Part shown: piece after piece, positions 1 through 9,577 of the stretch
Numbering within the stretch: position 1 is the first letter of the stretch
Layout of the letters: each line of letters begins with the position of its first letter
From: Vicinamibacterales bacterium
Lineage (GTDB): Bacteria > Acidobacteriota > Vicinamibacteria > Vicinamibacterales > UBA2999
DNA length: 64,000 nucleotides
NCBI GenBank assembly: GCA_044347565.1
Contig: JBIKUN010000007.1
Coordinates: forward strand, 3,307 to 67,306
Direction: 5' to 3'
Notes under the pieces: generated by a model
Seen by the model: only the letters and a program-made list of their open reading frames with translations
What the model was told of the DNA's origin: nothing
Databases searched by the model: none
Program-made: the position numbers and the translations under genes

Positions 1-959
1 ATCACGAGCTTCTTCGCGGAGAAGGCGCGGAACTCGAAGAGTTCCTTCTTCCGGTACTCCCCGGCGTCCTTCAGCAGTTCGGTCGCGAACGCCGGGTCGA
101 TCGTGAAGACCATCGGCCGCGCCAGATCGCGCGCGTAGGCCTTGCCTTCGGCCGACGTGCCCACGGCGAGCGTGGCCGAGGCCGAGCCGTACTTGACGAC
201 GATCGACGATGCCGGCTCGTTCAGCCCGTACTTCTTCAGATCGGACACGTCGGTCGTCTCGATGGCCGTCATCATCGTCGTTGAGAGACGCGTGAGCAGC
301 CCCTCGATGGCGCCGTAGTCGCCGCGCGCGTTCACCGGCGCCGTCACGCGCCAGTCGGACGCGTTGCGCGTGAAGGTCACCGGCACGCGGCCGTCAGCAG
401 TGATTTCGAGGCCGTCGGCCTTGTCGCGCTCGAACCGCAGCACGCGCTTGTCGCGCAGTTCGAAGGCCGACTTCGCGAGGCTGCTCTCGACGAACGTGGC
501 CACGAGGAACACTCGCGACTCGTCGCCCCTCACGGCATAGAGGTCGCTGCCGGCCGGCGTCTGATCGCCGAGCCGCACGCGGCCCGTCGTTCCGCCCTTC
601 GCGGTGAAGGTCACGTCGGCCTTGGCGGCGGCCAGACCGAATTCGGCCAGATTCGCCGCCTTCGGATCGACCTCGCGGGTGAGCTCGAGCGAGGTGAGGC
701 CACCGAGCAGCGCCGTGACGGCGCTGTCATCGGCGTCGGTCGCCACCGGCTCCACGAGCATCCACTTGCCGTCGGTCTTCCTGAGCACCGACGTCTCGCC
801 CTTGGCGGTGACGCGCAGCTCTTCGATGTCGTCGGCGGCGACCGTGAAGACCTTCTCCTTCACCTCGGTCGTCGAGCGTTCGGCATCGACGAAGTAGATG
901 TAGGCGCCGAGGCCCGCGGCCGCGGCCACGAGCGCCAGAGTTGACCAACCGCGACCCAT
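1..959 (-). CDS. DUF4340-like membrane-anchored periplasmic protein; 3' end cut by window edge (first ~319 codons present)
   Basis: Not in the ORF track because it runs off the window. My minus-strand translation from ATG (comp 957-959) reads MGRGWSTLALVAAAAGLGAYIYFVDAERSTTEVKEKVFTV... It has one N-terminal hydrophobic anchor and GC3-rich codons. It starts 3 nt after the GldG-like stop, the usual position of DUF4340 genes. Confidence 0.55.
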   Translation of the reverse strand, partial: MGRGWSTLALVAAAAGLGAYIYFVDAERSTTEVKEKVFTVAADDIEELRVTAKGETSVLRKTDGKWMLVEPVATDADDSAVTALLGGLTSLELTREVDPKAANLAEFGLAAAKADVTFTAKGGTTGRVRLGDQTPAGSDLYAVRGDESRVFLVATFVESSLAKSAFELRDKRVLRFERDKADGLEITADGRVPVTFTRNASDWRVTAPVNARGDYGAIEGLLTRLSTTMMTAIETTDVSDLKKYGLNEPASSIVVKYGSASATLAVGTSAEGKAYARDLARPMVFTIDPAFATELLKDAGEYRKKELFEFRAFSAKKLV

Positions 960-962
960 GCC

Positions 963-2543
963 TTACCGCCTCCGCCACCAGGTGTAGATCCCGAGGCCGA
1001 AGATCGCCGCCGGAATCAGGAAGATCGAGAGGATGTTGATCCGGCTCACCTGATCCGCCGTCATCGTGAGGCGGCGGTCTTCCGGCGCCTTCGGACGCAC
1101 GGCGATGAGCCCTTCCTGCTGCGAGAGCCAGCCGAGGGTGTTGAGGAAGAGATCCTTGTTGCCCTGCACGCCGAGGCCGACGTTTGCCGCGAAGTCGGAG
1201 TCGCCCACGACGACGATGCGCGTCTCGGGACGCGGCGGCGCGTCAGCGCTAGCGGCCGGCGCCGGTGCGGGCGGCGCGTCGGTGGCCGCGGCCGACACCG
1301 CGACCGCGAGCGAGATCGGGCCCTGACGATCGCCCTTGGTCGCGTCGAGCGACACGTCGGTGCCGGCGGCGAGACCGTCGAGATCCTGCTCGGCCCAGCT
1401 GCGGTCGCTGGTCTCGATGATCGACTGCGGCGTCCTGCCCTCGACGGCGGCGACCGTGAGCGAACGCGCCAGCGGGTAGGCCGTCATCAGGTTGAAGCGG
1501 TCGGTGATCGGGTGGGCCGGGTAGCTGGCCGCGACCGGCACGGTCGGGCCGGCGCCGAACATCTGCCCGACGCCCGACGCGTCGACCACGATGTCGTTGC
1601 CCACCTCGATGCCCCATTCCTTCAGGAATCCCGTGAAAATCGGAAGGGTGCCTTCGCCGGTCTTCTCGACCGGGTCGATCATCGCGAAGAGCGTGCCGCC
1701 CTTCGCGAGGTACTTCTTGAGGGCGTCGATTTCGCCGGGGAAGAAGTCGGTCACCGGACCGGCCACGACCACCGCCGTCGCGCCATCCGGCACTGCCGAG
1801 GTCTGCGCCAGCACGAGCTTCTCGAAGCCGTAGTTGTCGCTCTTGAGGGCCTCGGCCACCGCGCTGTAGCCGGTGCGGTCGGCGCTCGCCGGATCCTTCT
1901 CGCCGTGTCCCTGGACGAAGTAGACCTTCTTCTCCTGGCCGGTCGTGGCCTTGATGAAGGCGTTGGCGATGTCCTGCTCTTCGGCCATCGTGATGCGTTC
2001 GACGCGGCCCTTGTACTCGAGCACGAGGGTGCCGGGCGCCGTCACGCTGGCCGCGCGCACGCGCGCCGGTTCACGGTCGATGTCCACGTATTCGATCGTG
2101 AGCTGCTTCGACTGGTAGGCGTATTCCTCGAGGCGGGCCTTCAGCCGGTCGAAGTTGGTGGCCAGGTCGTAGGCCGTGAGCCTGGCCGGCGCATCAAGGC
2201 CGCGCAGCACCTTCAGCGTCTGCTCCGAGAGGCTGAAGATCTGGTTGCCCGTCAGGTCCCACCGCTTGTTCTGGCGCACGCCGAGGTAGTTGACCGCGAC
2301 GAGGATGGCCAGCATCGCCAGCACGCTCACCGCCGACATCGTGCCCATCTTCGTCGAGCGGGCACTCGCCCCGGTGGACGACTCGCGCCACTGGGCGATG
2401 AGGTAGACGAGGATGCACGCCAGCCCGGCCCACGCCGTGTACGTGCGGTAGACGTCGAGTTCGGGCTTCAGGAAGCGCAGCCCGAGGGCCACGACCACGA
2501 GGGCCGTGCCGATCCAGCCGATGATTGCCGCAATCTTCGCCAT
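963..2543 (-). CDS. GldG-like auxiliary component of an ABC-2 exporter
   Basis: ORF 963..2882 trimmed to MAKIAAIIGWIG (ATG comp 2541-2543). Hydrophobic N- and C-terminal segments flank a large soluble domain (KVYFVQGHGE, IVVVGDSDFA). It lies directly downstream of the ABC-2 permease and ATPase. Confidence 0.8.
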   Translation of the reverse strand: MAKIAAIIGWIGTALVVVALGLRFLKPELDVYRTYTAWAGLACILVYLIAQWRESSTGASARSTKMGTMSAVSVLAMLAILVAVNYLGVRQNKRWDLTGNQIFSLSEQTLKVLRGLDAPARLTAYDLATNFDRLKARLEEYAYQSKQLTIEYVDIDREPARVRAASVTAPGTLVLEYKGRVERITMAEEQDIANAFIKATTGQEKKVYFVQGHGEKDPASADRTGYSAVAEALKSDNYGFEKLVLAQTSAVPDGATAVVVAGPVTDFFPGEIDALKKYLAKGGTLFAMIDPVEKTGEGTLPIFTGFLKEWGIEVGNDIVVDASGVGQMFGAGPTVPVAASYPAHPITDRFNLMTAYPLARSLTVAAVEGRTPQSIIETSDRSWAEQDLDGLAAGTDVSLDATKGDRQGPISLAVAVSAAATDAPPAPAPAASADAPPRPETRIVVVGDSDFAANVGLGVQGNKDLFLNTLGWLSQQEGLIAVRPKAPEDRRLTMTADQVSRINILSIFLIPAAIFGLGIYTWWRRR

Positions 2544-2545
2544 GA

Positions 2546-3310
2546 CTAGCCCCGCCACCGTTCGCTGTCCACGGACTTGGCCGTGAGGAAGAGCCCGAAC
2601 ACGATGAAGCTCAGGTAGTAGATCACGTGCTTCGTGTCGATGATGCCGCGGGCGAAGTCGTCGAGATGTTCGGTGATCGACAGATGCGAGATCACCGCCT
2701 GGCCGGTCGGGCCGAACGACTGCCCGAGCCAGTTGATGACCCAGAGCAGCAGGAACACCGCGAACGTGACCATGCCGGCCACGATCTGGTTCTTCGTGAG
2801 GCTCGAGATGAAGAGCCCGGCCGAGATGAAGCAGGCGCCCATGAGCAGCAGGCCCAGGTACACCGTGGCAATCGGCTTCCACTCGGGGCTGCCGTAGATG
2901 AAGAGTACGCCCACGTGGATGAGCGTGACGCCCAGCATCACGGCGTAGAGGCCGAGCGCCCCCAGGAACTTGCCGAGGATGATCTGCACGTCGGTGAGCG
3001 GGGAGGTGAGCAGCAGCTCCATCGTGCCGGAGCGCTTCTCTTCCGCGTAGGTGCGCATCGTGATCATCGGCATGACGAAGAGCACGATCACGCTGACGTT
3101 CATGAAGACCGGGCCGATGAGCGCCTGGTTGATGTTGAGGGGCGGCCCCGAGCCGGGCGTCATCTGCAGGCTCTGCTGTTCGAACCAGTAGACGAGCGAG
3201 GCGAAGAAGTAGCCGAAGAGCAGCGCGAAGAAGCCGATGACCACATACGCGATCGGCGACGCGAAGTACGACTGCAGTTCCTTGCGCGCGATGGTGATGA
3301 TGTTACGCAT
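2546..3310 (-). CDS. ABC-2 family transporter permease (GldF-like)
   Basis: ORF 2546..3361 trimmed to MRNIITIARKELQSYFASPIAY (ATG comp 3308-3310). Multiple hydrophobic helices. It overlaps the ATPase gene stop by 8 nt. Confidence 0.8.
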   Translation of the reverse strand: MRNIITIARKELQSYFASPIAYVVIGFFALLFGYFFASLVYWFEQQSLQMTPGSGPPLNINQALIGPVFMNVSVIVLFVMPMITMRTYAEEKRSGTMELLLTSPLTDVQIILGKFLGALGLYAVMLGVTLIHVGVLFIYGSPEWKPIATVYLGLLLMGACFISAGLFISSLTKNQIVAGMVTFAVFLLLWVINWLGQSFGPTGQAVISHLSITEHLDDFARGIIDTKHVIYYLSFIVFGLFLTAKSVDSERWRG

Positions 3311-4289
3311 TGGCAGCCTCCGTCGCGGCGGGCGCCGCGTCGGCCGGCGCCGTGCCGGCATCCTCGGTCGTGAGACTGAGGAAGATGTCTTCGAGGCTCA
3401 TGCGCATCGGCCGCAGTTCGAGCAGGCCCCAGCCGTGGTTCACGACCGTGGCGGCGAGTTCGCGCCGCACGTCGTGGCCCTGTTCGCTGTCCACTTCGAT
3501 CGAGACGAGGCCGTTCTCGCCGGCTTCCGCCTTGACGCGTGTGATGCCGGTGATCGCCGAGAGCGCCGGGGTCACGTCCGCCCCGGGCGCCGCCACCTGC
3601 AGATACATCGTCTCGCTGCCACGCAGGCGCGCCGTGAGGTTGTCGGGCGTGTCGACGGCGACCACTTTGCCGCGGGCGATGATGACCACGCGGTTGCAGG
3701 TCTGCGAGACCTCGGGCAGGATGTGCGTGCTCAGCACCACCGTGTGGTTGCCGCCGAGCTCGGTGATGAGCTGCCGCGCCTCGATGATCTGCTTCGGGTC
3801 GAGGCCCGCCGTCGGTTCGTCGAGCACCAGCACGTCGGGGTTGTGGATGAGGGCCTGCGCCAGGCCTACCCGCTGCTTATAGCCCTTCGAGAGCTTGCCG
3901 CAGTGCCGCGATGCCATGTCGGCGATGTGGGTCTTCTTCATCACGTCATCGACCCGGCCGCGCACCTCGCGCGAGGGCACGCCCTTGATGCGGGCGACGA
4001 ACGTGACGTAGTCGCGCACGCTCATGTCGGGATAGAGCGGCGGCGTCTCGGGCAGGTAGCCCGTGCGCTTCTTCGCCTCGATGGCGTCACTGAAGACGTC
4101 GTGGCCGGCCACCGTCACCGTGCCGTCGGAGGCAGGCATGTAGCCGGTGATGATGCGCATGGTGGTCGTCTTCCCGGCACCATTCGGGCCAAGGAAGCCC
4201 AGAATTTCACCGGTGCCGACGCTGAAGCTGACGTCGTCCACGGCCGTGAACGGACCGTAGCGTTTGCTGAGGTGCTGCACCTCGATCAC
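3303..4289 (-). CDS. ABC transporter ATP-binding protein (GldA-like)
   Basis: Walker A GPNGAGKTT, signature LSKGYKQRV, Walker B VLVLDEPTAGLD. Confidence 0.9.
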   Translation of the reverse strand: MIEVQHLSKRYGPFTAVDDVSFSVGTGEILGFLGPNGAGKTTTMRIITGYMPASDGTVTVAGHDVFSDAIEAKKRTGYLPETPPLYPDMSVRDYVTFVARIKGVPSREVRGRVDDVMKKTHIADMASRHCGKLSKGYKQRVGLAQALIHNPDVLVLDEPTAGLDPKQIIEARQLITELGGNHTVVLSTHILPEVSQTCNRVVIIARGKVVAVDTPDNLTARLRGSETMYLQVAAPGADVTPALSAITGITRVKAEAGENGLVSIEVDSEQGHDVRRELAATVVNHGWGLLELRPMRMSLEDIFLSLTTEDAGTAPADAAPAATEAANA

Positions 4290-4326
4290 GGTGGTTCTCC
4301 TCCGCCTGAGTGTCTTTGAAGTCTGG

Positions 4327-4350
4327 CGTCTAACCTGTAAGCTTTAGACG
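4327..4350. promoter_or_regulatory. Perfect 7-bp inverted repeat CGTCTAA-N10-TTAGACG in the divergent ABC/acylase intergenic region (possible operator)
   Basis: Read directly: cgtctaa (4327-4333) and ttagacg (4344-4350), in a locally AT-richer stretch between divergently transcribed genes. Confidence 0.3.
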
Positions 4351-4416
4351 GGTCGCAGCTCGGCTACGACAGCCCCCGATCCTAGTCGAACCGACCCTGG
4401 CGGGCAAGCGTCGGAC

Positions 4417-6936
4417 GTGTCGTCGAGGAGGTCTGTGAAGCGGCTTTTCATCGCGATATTCCTGCTCGTCGTGCTGGCCGGCGGTGGCGCCTGGTGGTGG
4501 GCGCGGCAGTCCGTCGCCACATTGGACGGCGAGTGGCGCCTTGCTGGTCTGGGCGCCCCGGTCGAGGTGCTCCACGACGGCTACGGCGTGCCGCACGTGT
4601 ACGCCCGCGACACCGCCGATGCCTGGTTCGTGGCCGGCGCGCTGCATGCCCGCGACCGCTTCTGGCAGATGGAACTCTACCGCCGGGCCGCCGATGGCCG
4701 CCTCTCCGAGGTGCTCGGAGAAGCCACGCTTGCGATCGACCGGCGGATGCTCACGCTCGGCATCCGCGCCGCCGCCGCCGCCGAACTCGCCCGGCTGGGG
4801 CCTGCGGCCCGGGCCGCGCTCACGCGTTACGCCGAAGGCGTGAACGCCGCTGCGGCGACGATGCGCGGCCGGCAGCGTCCTCCCGAGTTCCAGCTCCTCG
4901 GTATCGAGCCGGCGGCGTGGACGCCGGAGGACTCGCTCGCCATCGGCCGCCTGCTGGCCTTCCGGCTGGCCGAGAACCAGGGCGCCGAACTGGTGCGCCA
5001 CGCGCTCACCCGCGCGCTCGGGCAGACCGCGGCCGACGCCCTCACCGGCCGCTATCCGGCCTCGGGGCCCACCGTGCTCGGGGAACTTGCCGAGACCCAG
5101 GCGCCGCCGCCCGTGGTGCCGCCGGCCGCCCCCGCTCCGGCGCCTGCTGCCGCCCCCGTCACGCCGCCGGCCCCGTCGGCGCCCCCGCCATCGCTCATGG
5201 CGCGCGCCGGGTCGGCGGTTCCGCCGGCGCTCGCGTGGCTGGATCCCACGGCGCCGCGCGGCAACAGCAACGCCTGGGTCGTGGCCGGCTCGCGCACCGC
5301 GACCGGGCGCCCGATCCTCGCAAACGATCCGCACCTCATCCTCGAGATGCCGTCCGTCTGGTATGAGCTGCATCTCGTGGCGGCCGGCCTCGACGTGCAG
5401 GGCGTGACCGTGCCCGGCACGCCGTTTGTGGCGATTGGGCACAACGCGCGCATCGCCTGGGGCATCACCAACACCGGCGCCGACGTGCAGGACTTCGTCG
5501 TGCAGACCTTCGACCTGGCGGCCCGGCGTGTGCAGGGCCCGCAGGGCTGGACGGCCGTGACCGTCGAGGCAGCCGCGATTCCCGTGAAAGGGCGCTCCGC
5601 GCCGGTACCATTCGAGGTGTGGAAGACACCTCAGGGTGTCGTGTTCGCCGACGAATCACTGGAGTGGGAATCGGCGCCGTCCTGGCTCACGCCCGATGTG
5701 CCGCGGACAGGACAGCAGCGCGCGCTCGTGCTCCGATGGGAAGGCTTCGATGGCGGCTACGGGGATGCGTTCGAGGCCGTGAACCGGGCCAGCAACTGGA
5801 GCGATTTCCAGGCGGCGTTCGATCAGCTCTCCGCGATCTCGCTCAACACGGTCTATGCCGATATCGACGGCAACATTGGCTATCTCATGACCGGGCAATT
5901 GCCGGCGCGGGCCGGCAGCGACGGCGCGCGGCCGGTGGCGGCGGCGGCCGGACGCGGCGCGCCGATTGGCGGGGCCGGCGTGCTGCCGCGCCTGCTGAAC
6001 CCGGCGCGCGGGTTCCTCGCCAGCACCAACAATCCCGTGCTGCGCGGCGACACGCCGTACATCACGCGCGACTGGATGGGCGCCCACCGCGCGATGCGCG
6101 TCACCGATGTGCTCGCGGCCAGCGACAAACTCGACGTGGCCGCGACCACGGCGCTGCAGCTCGACCGCGAAAGCGGCGCGGCGCGTGCCGTGCTGCAGGG
6201 GCTCGCGAGCGCGCTCAGCCGCGCGCAGCAGACGAGTGGCGATCCCCGGGGCGTGGCGCTGCTCGAGCGGCTGCGCGGCTGGGATTTCGTGGTGGACGAC
6301 GGCGAAGTGCCAGCCGTGTTCGAGGCCTTCGAAGACCGCCTCTGGCGGCGCACGTTCGGCGACGAACTGCCGGCCGACCTCTTCCGCCGCTACTACCAGT
6401 GGGCCGGCGCCGAGCGCATTGCCGGGCTGTATTCGATCCTGGGTGAGCCGGGCGCGCGCTGGTGGGACGACATCGGCACCGTGGATCGGCGTGAGACGCG
6501 CGACGACATCTTCCTGCTCGCCGCGACTGATGCCGCCGGCGACGTGGCGCAGTGGTCGAGCGGCGCCCGCGGCTGGGACCAGGTGCACGCGGCGCGCTTC
6601 GCCCACGCGCTGTCCGAGGGCGGCCGGGTGCTCGGCTGGTTCTTCAACCGCGGCCCGGTGCCGGTGACCGGTGATGGCACGACCGTGATGCGCATCAGCC
6701 ACCGCCGGCTCGACGGCTTCGGCGCGTGGGAGTTCCCGTCGTGGCGGCAGGTGCTCGACGTGGGGAACTGGGACAACTCGAAGGTCGTGCTGCCGGGCGG
6801 GCAGGCAGGCCATCCCATGAGCCCGCACTACTTCGACCAGAACGAGATGTGGCGCCGGGGCGCCTACCGCTCGCTCGCCTTCTCGCGCGCCGCCGTGAAC
6901 GGCGCCGCGACGCACCGCCAGCTGCTCACGCCGTAA
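4417..6936 (+). CDS. Penicillin acylase family Ntn-hydrolase (PvdQ/QuiP-like acyl-homoserine-lactone or beta-lactam acylase)
   Basis: N-terminal signal/TM segment, YGVPHVYA and RFWQMEL alpha-subunit motifs, a Pro/Ala-rich spacer, then GN|SNAWVVAG (beta-subunit N-terminal Ser nucleophile) and ANDPHL. GTG start at 4417; an alternative GTG lies at 4435. Confidence 0.85.
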   Translation: MSSRRSVKRLFIAIFLLVVLAGGGAWWWARQSVATLDGEWRLAGLGAPVEVLHDGYGVPHVYARDTADAWFVAGALHARDRFWQMELYRRAADGRLSEVLGEATLAIDRRMLTLGIRAAAAAELARLGPAARAALTRYAEGVNAAAATMRGRQRPPEFQLLGIEPAAWTPEDSLAIGRLLAFRLAENQGAELVRHALTRALGQTAADALTGRYPASGPTVLGELAETQAPPPVVPPAAPAPAPAAAPVTPPAPSAPPPSLMARAGSAVPPALAWLDPTAPRGNSNAWVVAGSRTATGRPILANDPHLILEMPSVWYELHLVAAGLDVQGVTVPGTPFVAIGHNARIAWGITNTGADVQDFVVQTFDLAARRVQGPQGWTAVTVEAAAIPVKGRSAPVPFEVWKTPQGVVFADESLEWESAPSWLTPDVPRTGQQRALVLRWEGFDGGYGDAFEAVNRASNWSDFQAAFDQLSAISLNTVYADIDGNIGYLMTGQLPARAGSDGARPVAAAAGRGAPIGGAGVLPRLLNPARGFLASTNNPVLRGDTPYITRDWMGAHRAMRVTDVLAASDKLDVAATTALQLDRESGAARAVLQGLASALSRAQQTSGDPRGVALLERLRGWDFVVDDGEVPAVFEAFEDRLWRRTFGDELPADLFRRYYQWAGAERIAGLYSILGEPGARWWDDIGTVDRRETRDDIFLLAATDAAGDVAQWSSGARGWDQVHAARFAHALSEGGRVLGWFFNRGPVPVTGDGTTVMRISHRRLDGFGAWEFPSWRQVLDVGNWDNSKVVLPGGQAGHPMSPHYFDQNEMWRRGAYRSLAFSRAAVNGAATHRQLLTP

Positions 6937-6987
6937 GGGCGGGGCGCCGAGCCCGGAGTTCCGAGCCCCGGGTCCCGGCGCTTCTGC

Positions 6988-6993
6988 TACCCT
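6988..6993 (+). promoter_or_regulatory. -10-like hexamer TACCCT, 6 nt before the arsR-family ATG (leaderless candidate)
   Basis: taccct-gaacgt-ATG(7000); no Shine-Dalgarno in between. Confidence 0.3.
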
Positions 6994-6999
6994 GAACGT

Positions 7000-7443
7000 A
7001 TGAGCACTCGCTCAGATGTCAGGGCGCGGATGAAGCCAGAGGCGCGCCCCGTGGCCACGACTGAGCCGGCCGACGCCTGCGACGTCTTCCACATCGACCC
7101 AGCACGCGTGGCCGGGCTGCGCGGCGCGCTCATTGCGCCGTCGACGGTCGACGCCCTGGCCGAGATCTTCCGCGCGCTCGGCGACCCGACGCGCGTGCGT
7201 GTGCTCGACGCCCTCTCGCACGGCGAGCTGTGCGTCTGCGATCTCGCCCAGCTCATCGATCTCAGTCAGTCGGCCACGTCGCACCAGTTGCGGCTGCTGC
7301 GCGCGCTGCGGCTCGTGCGCAGCCGGCGGGCCGGCCGCATGGTGTTCTACACGCTCGACGACCGGCACATCGTCACGCTCTTCCGCCAGGGGCTGCGTCA
7401 CGTGGAAGAAGCGGCGGCGAAGCCGCGGAGACACCTCGCGTGA
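7000..7443 (+). CDS. ArsR/SmtB family metalloregulator (CadC-like)
   Basis: Winged-HTH core LGDPTRVRVLDAL...ELCVCDLAQL...SQSATSHQLRLLR with the alpha3 CVC metal site and an N-terminal Cys (ADACDV). Its stop overlaps the ATPase start (GTGA). Confidence 0.85.
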   Translation: MSTRSDVRARMKPEARPVATTEPADACDVFHIDPARVAGLRGALIAPSTVDALAEIFRALGDPTRVRVLDALSHGELCVCDLAQLIDLSQSATSHQLRLLRALRLVRSRRAGRMVFYTLDDRHIVTLFRQGLRHVEEAAAKPRRHLA

Positions 7444-9575
7444 GTGCCGCTGCCGCCCCCGCCGTCTGCACGAAGTGCGCGCTGCACGCCGAATCGGTGT
7501 TCCGCGTCGCCGGCATGGACTGCGCCGAAGAGGCGCTCATCCTCGAGCGCCGGCTCACGCCGCTCGCCGGCGTGGAAGCGCTGAACGTCGACGTGCTCGG
7601 CCAGAAGATGCGCGTCTCCTACGACGCCGCCGTCGTGAGCGCGGCGGCGATTGCCGACGCGGTCGCCGAAACCGGCATGAGGGCGTGGCTCGAACACGAG
7701 CGGCCGGTCGAGACGCCATCCGCCGACGCCGCCACCTGGCCGCTGGCGTTGTCGGGCGCGGCCGTCGCGCTCGGCCTCGGCGTGCAGTACGTGGCCGCCG
7801 ACCCGCGCTGGGCGTGGCCGCTGTTCGCCGCGGCCGTCGTGCTCACCGGCCGCCAGCCGGCCCGCCGCGGCGTGGCGTCGCTCAGGCGCCGCGTGCTCGA
7901 CATCCACGTGCTGATGCTCGTCGCCGTCACCGGCGCGCTTGTGCTCGGCGACTGGGCGGAGGCGGCCACCGTGATCTGGCTCTTCGCGGTGTCGCAGTGG
8001 CTCGAGGTGCGCACGATGGAGCGGGCCCGGCGGGCGATTCGCGGCGTGATGACGCTCGCGCCCACCGAAGCGCGCGTGAAACACGGCGATCACGAACACG
8101 TCACCGCCGTGGACCTCGTGCTGCCGGGGGCCACGATCGTCGTGGCGCCGGGCCAGAAGGTGCCGCTCGACGGCATCATCGTGGCCGGCACGTCGGACGT
8201 GAACCAGGCGCCGATCACCGGCGAATCGCTGCCGGTGCCGCGCGGCGCGGGCGACGAGGTGTTCGCCGGCACGATCAACGGCCAGGGCGCGCTCGACGTC
8301 CGTGTCACGCGCGCCGTGCGCGACACGACACTCGCCCGCATCGTGCATCTCGTGGAAGCCGCGCAGGCCCAGCGCGCCCCGGCGCAGCAGTTCATCGACC
8401 GCTTCGCGCGCTGGTACACGCCGGCCGTGGTGCTCGCCGCGCTCGCACTGTTCCTCGTGCCCGTGGCCGCCGGCGGCAGCGCCGCGGCGTGGGGCTACCG
8501 CGCGCTCGTGCTGCTGGTCGTGGCCTGCCCGTGCGCGCTCGTCATCTCGACGCCGGTCTCGATCGTGGCGGCGCTCGCGACGGCGGCGCGGCACGGCGTG
8601 CTCATCAAGGGCGGCGCACATCTCGAGCGGCTGGCCGGCGTGCGTGTGGTGGCGTTCGACAAGACCGGCACGCTGACCTCCGGCGAGCCCGAGGTGCGGT
8701 CGCTCGTGCCGTTCGGGGATGCGGACGTCGATGACACGCTCAGGGCGGCGGCCGCGGTGGAGCAGCGGTCGGCGCACCCGATCGCCGGCGCGGTCGTGGA
8801 GGCGGCCAGGGCCCGCGGCCTGCTCGCCGGTGTCGCCGAGGATGTCCGCGATCTGCCGGGGCGCGGCGCGGAAGGCCGCTGGCGCGGCCGGCACGTGCTC
8901 GTCGGTAACCCCGCCTTCATGATGGAGCGCGGCGTGCCGATCGACGCCGCGGGCCTGGCCGACTCGCTCGGTGCGCGCGGCGAAACCGCGGTCATCGTCG
9001 CCATCGACGGCGTGCCGTGCCTGGCGCTCGGCGTCGCCGATCGTCCGCGCGCCGTCGCCGCCGATGTCGTGCGGCTGCTCCGTGGCCACGGCGTGGCCCA
9101 CGTGGCCCTGCTCACCGGCGACACGGCCGCCTCGGCCGAGGCGCTCGCGCGCGCCACCGGCGTGACCGACGTGCGCGCTGGGCTGCTGCCGGGCGAGAAG
9201 CTCGCGGCGGTGCACGCGCTCCGCGCGGCGCACGGTCCGGTGGCGATGGTCGGTGATGGCGTGAATGACGCGCCGGCGCTCGCCGCGGCGGATGTCGGCG
9301 TGGCGATGGGCGCCGCCGGTTCGGCCGCCGCGCTCGAGGCCGCCGACGTCGCGCTCATGTCCGACGAACTGCAGAAGCTGCCCTACGCCATCCGCCTGAG
9401 CCGCGCGACGCTGGCGAACGTGCGCGTCAACATCGCGATTGCGCTCGGCCTGAAGGCCGCCGTGCTCGTGCTCGCGGCGTTCGGCCTCGCCACGCTGTGG
9501 ATGGCGGTGGTGGCCGACAGCGGCGCCTCAGTGCTCGTTGTCGCCAACGCGATGCGATTGCTGCGGCATCGCTAG
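7440..9575 (+). CDS. Heavy-metal translocating P1B-type ATPase (Zn/Cd/Pb, P1B-2-like)
   Basis: ORF 7230..9575 trimmed to GTG 7440 (VSAAAAPAVCTKC...). Motifs: HMA-like domain GMDCAEE, ITGES, CPC in TM6, DKTGTLT, GDGVNDAP, TM7 Lys (LGLKAAV) and TM8 VADSGAS. Confidence 0.9.
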   Translation: MSAAAAPAVCTKCALHAESVFRVAGMDCAEEALILERRLTPLAGVEALNVDVLGQKMRVSYDAAVVSAAAIADAVAETGMRAWLEHERPVETPSADAATWPLALSGAAVALGLGVQYVAADPRWAWPLFAAAVVLTGRQPARRGVASLRRRVLDIHVLMLVAVTGALVLGDWAEAATVIWLFAVSQWLEVRTMERARRAIRGVMTLAPTEARVKHGDHEHVTAVDLVLPGATIVVAPGQKVPLDGIIVAGTSDVNQAPITGESLPVPRGAGDEVFAGTINGQGALDVRVTRAVRDTTLARIVHLVEAAQAQRAPAQQFIDRFARWYTPAVVLAALALFLVPVAAGGSAAAWGYRALVLLVVACPCALVISTPVSIVAALATAARHGVLIKGGAHLERLAGVRVVAFDKTGTLTSGEPEVRSLVPFGDADVDDTLRAAAAVEQRSAHPIAGAVVEAARARGLLAGVAEDVRDLPGRGAEGRWRGRHVLVGNPAFMMERGVPIDAAGLADSLGARGETAVIVAIDGVPCLALGVADRPRAVAADVVRLLRGHGVAHVALLTGDTAASAEALARATGVTDVRAGLLPGEKLAAVHALRAAHGPVAMVGDGVNDAPALAAADVGVAMGAAGSAAALEAADVALMSDELQKLPYAIRLSRATLANVRVNIAIALGLKAAVLVLAAFGLATLWMAVVADSGASVLVVANAMRLLRHR

Positions 9576-9577
9576 GG

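Noticed and set aside
4330-5442. 370-aa minus-strand ORF and several plus-strand ORFs (4484, 4494, 5087...) within the acylase gene
   Set aside because: These are shadow frames of a gene with clear penicillin-acylase motifs. Their Arg/Pro/Gly-rich products are typical of GC-rich off-frames.
7133-9233. ORFs 7133..8734 (+; 533 aa) and 7398..9233 (-; 611 aa) over the P-type ATPase
   Set aside because: The third frame carries every P1B ATPase signature (TGES, CPC, DKTGT, GDGVNDAP). These two are Arg-rich shadow ORFs.
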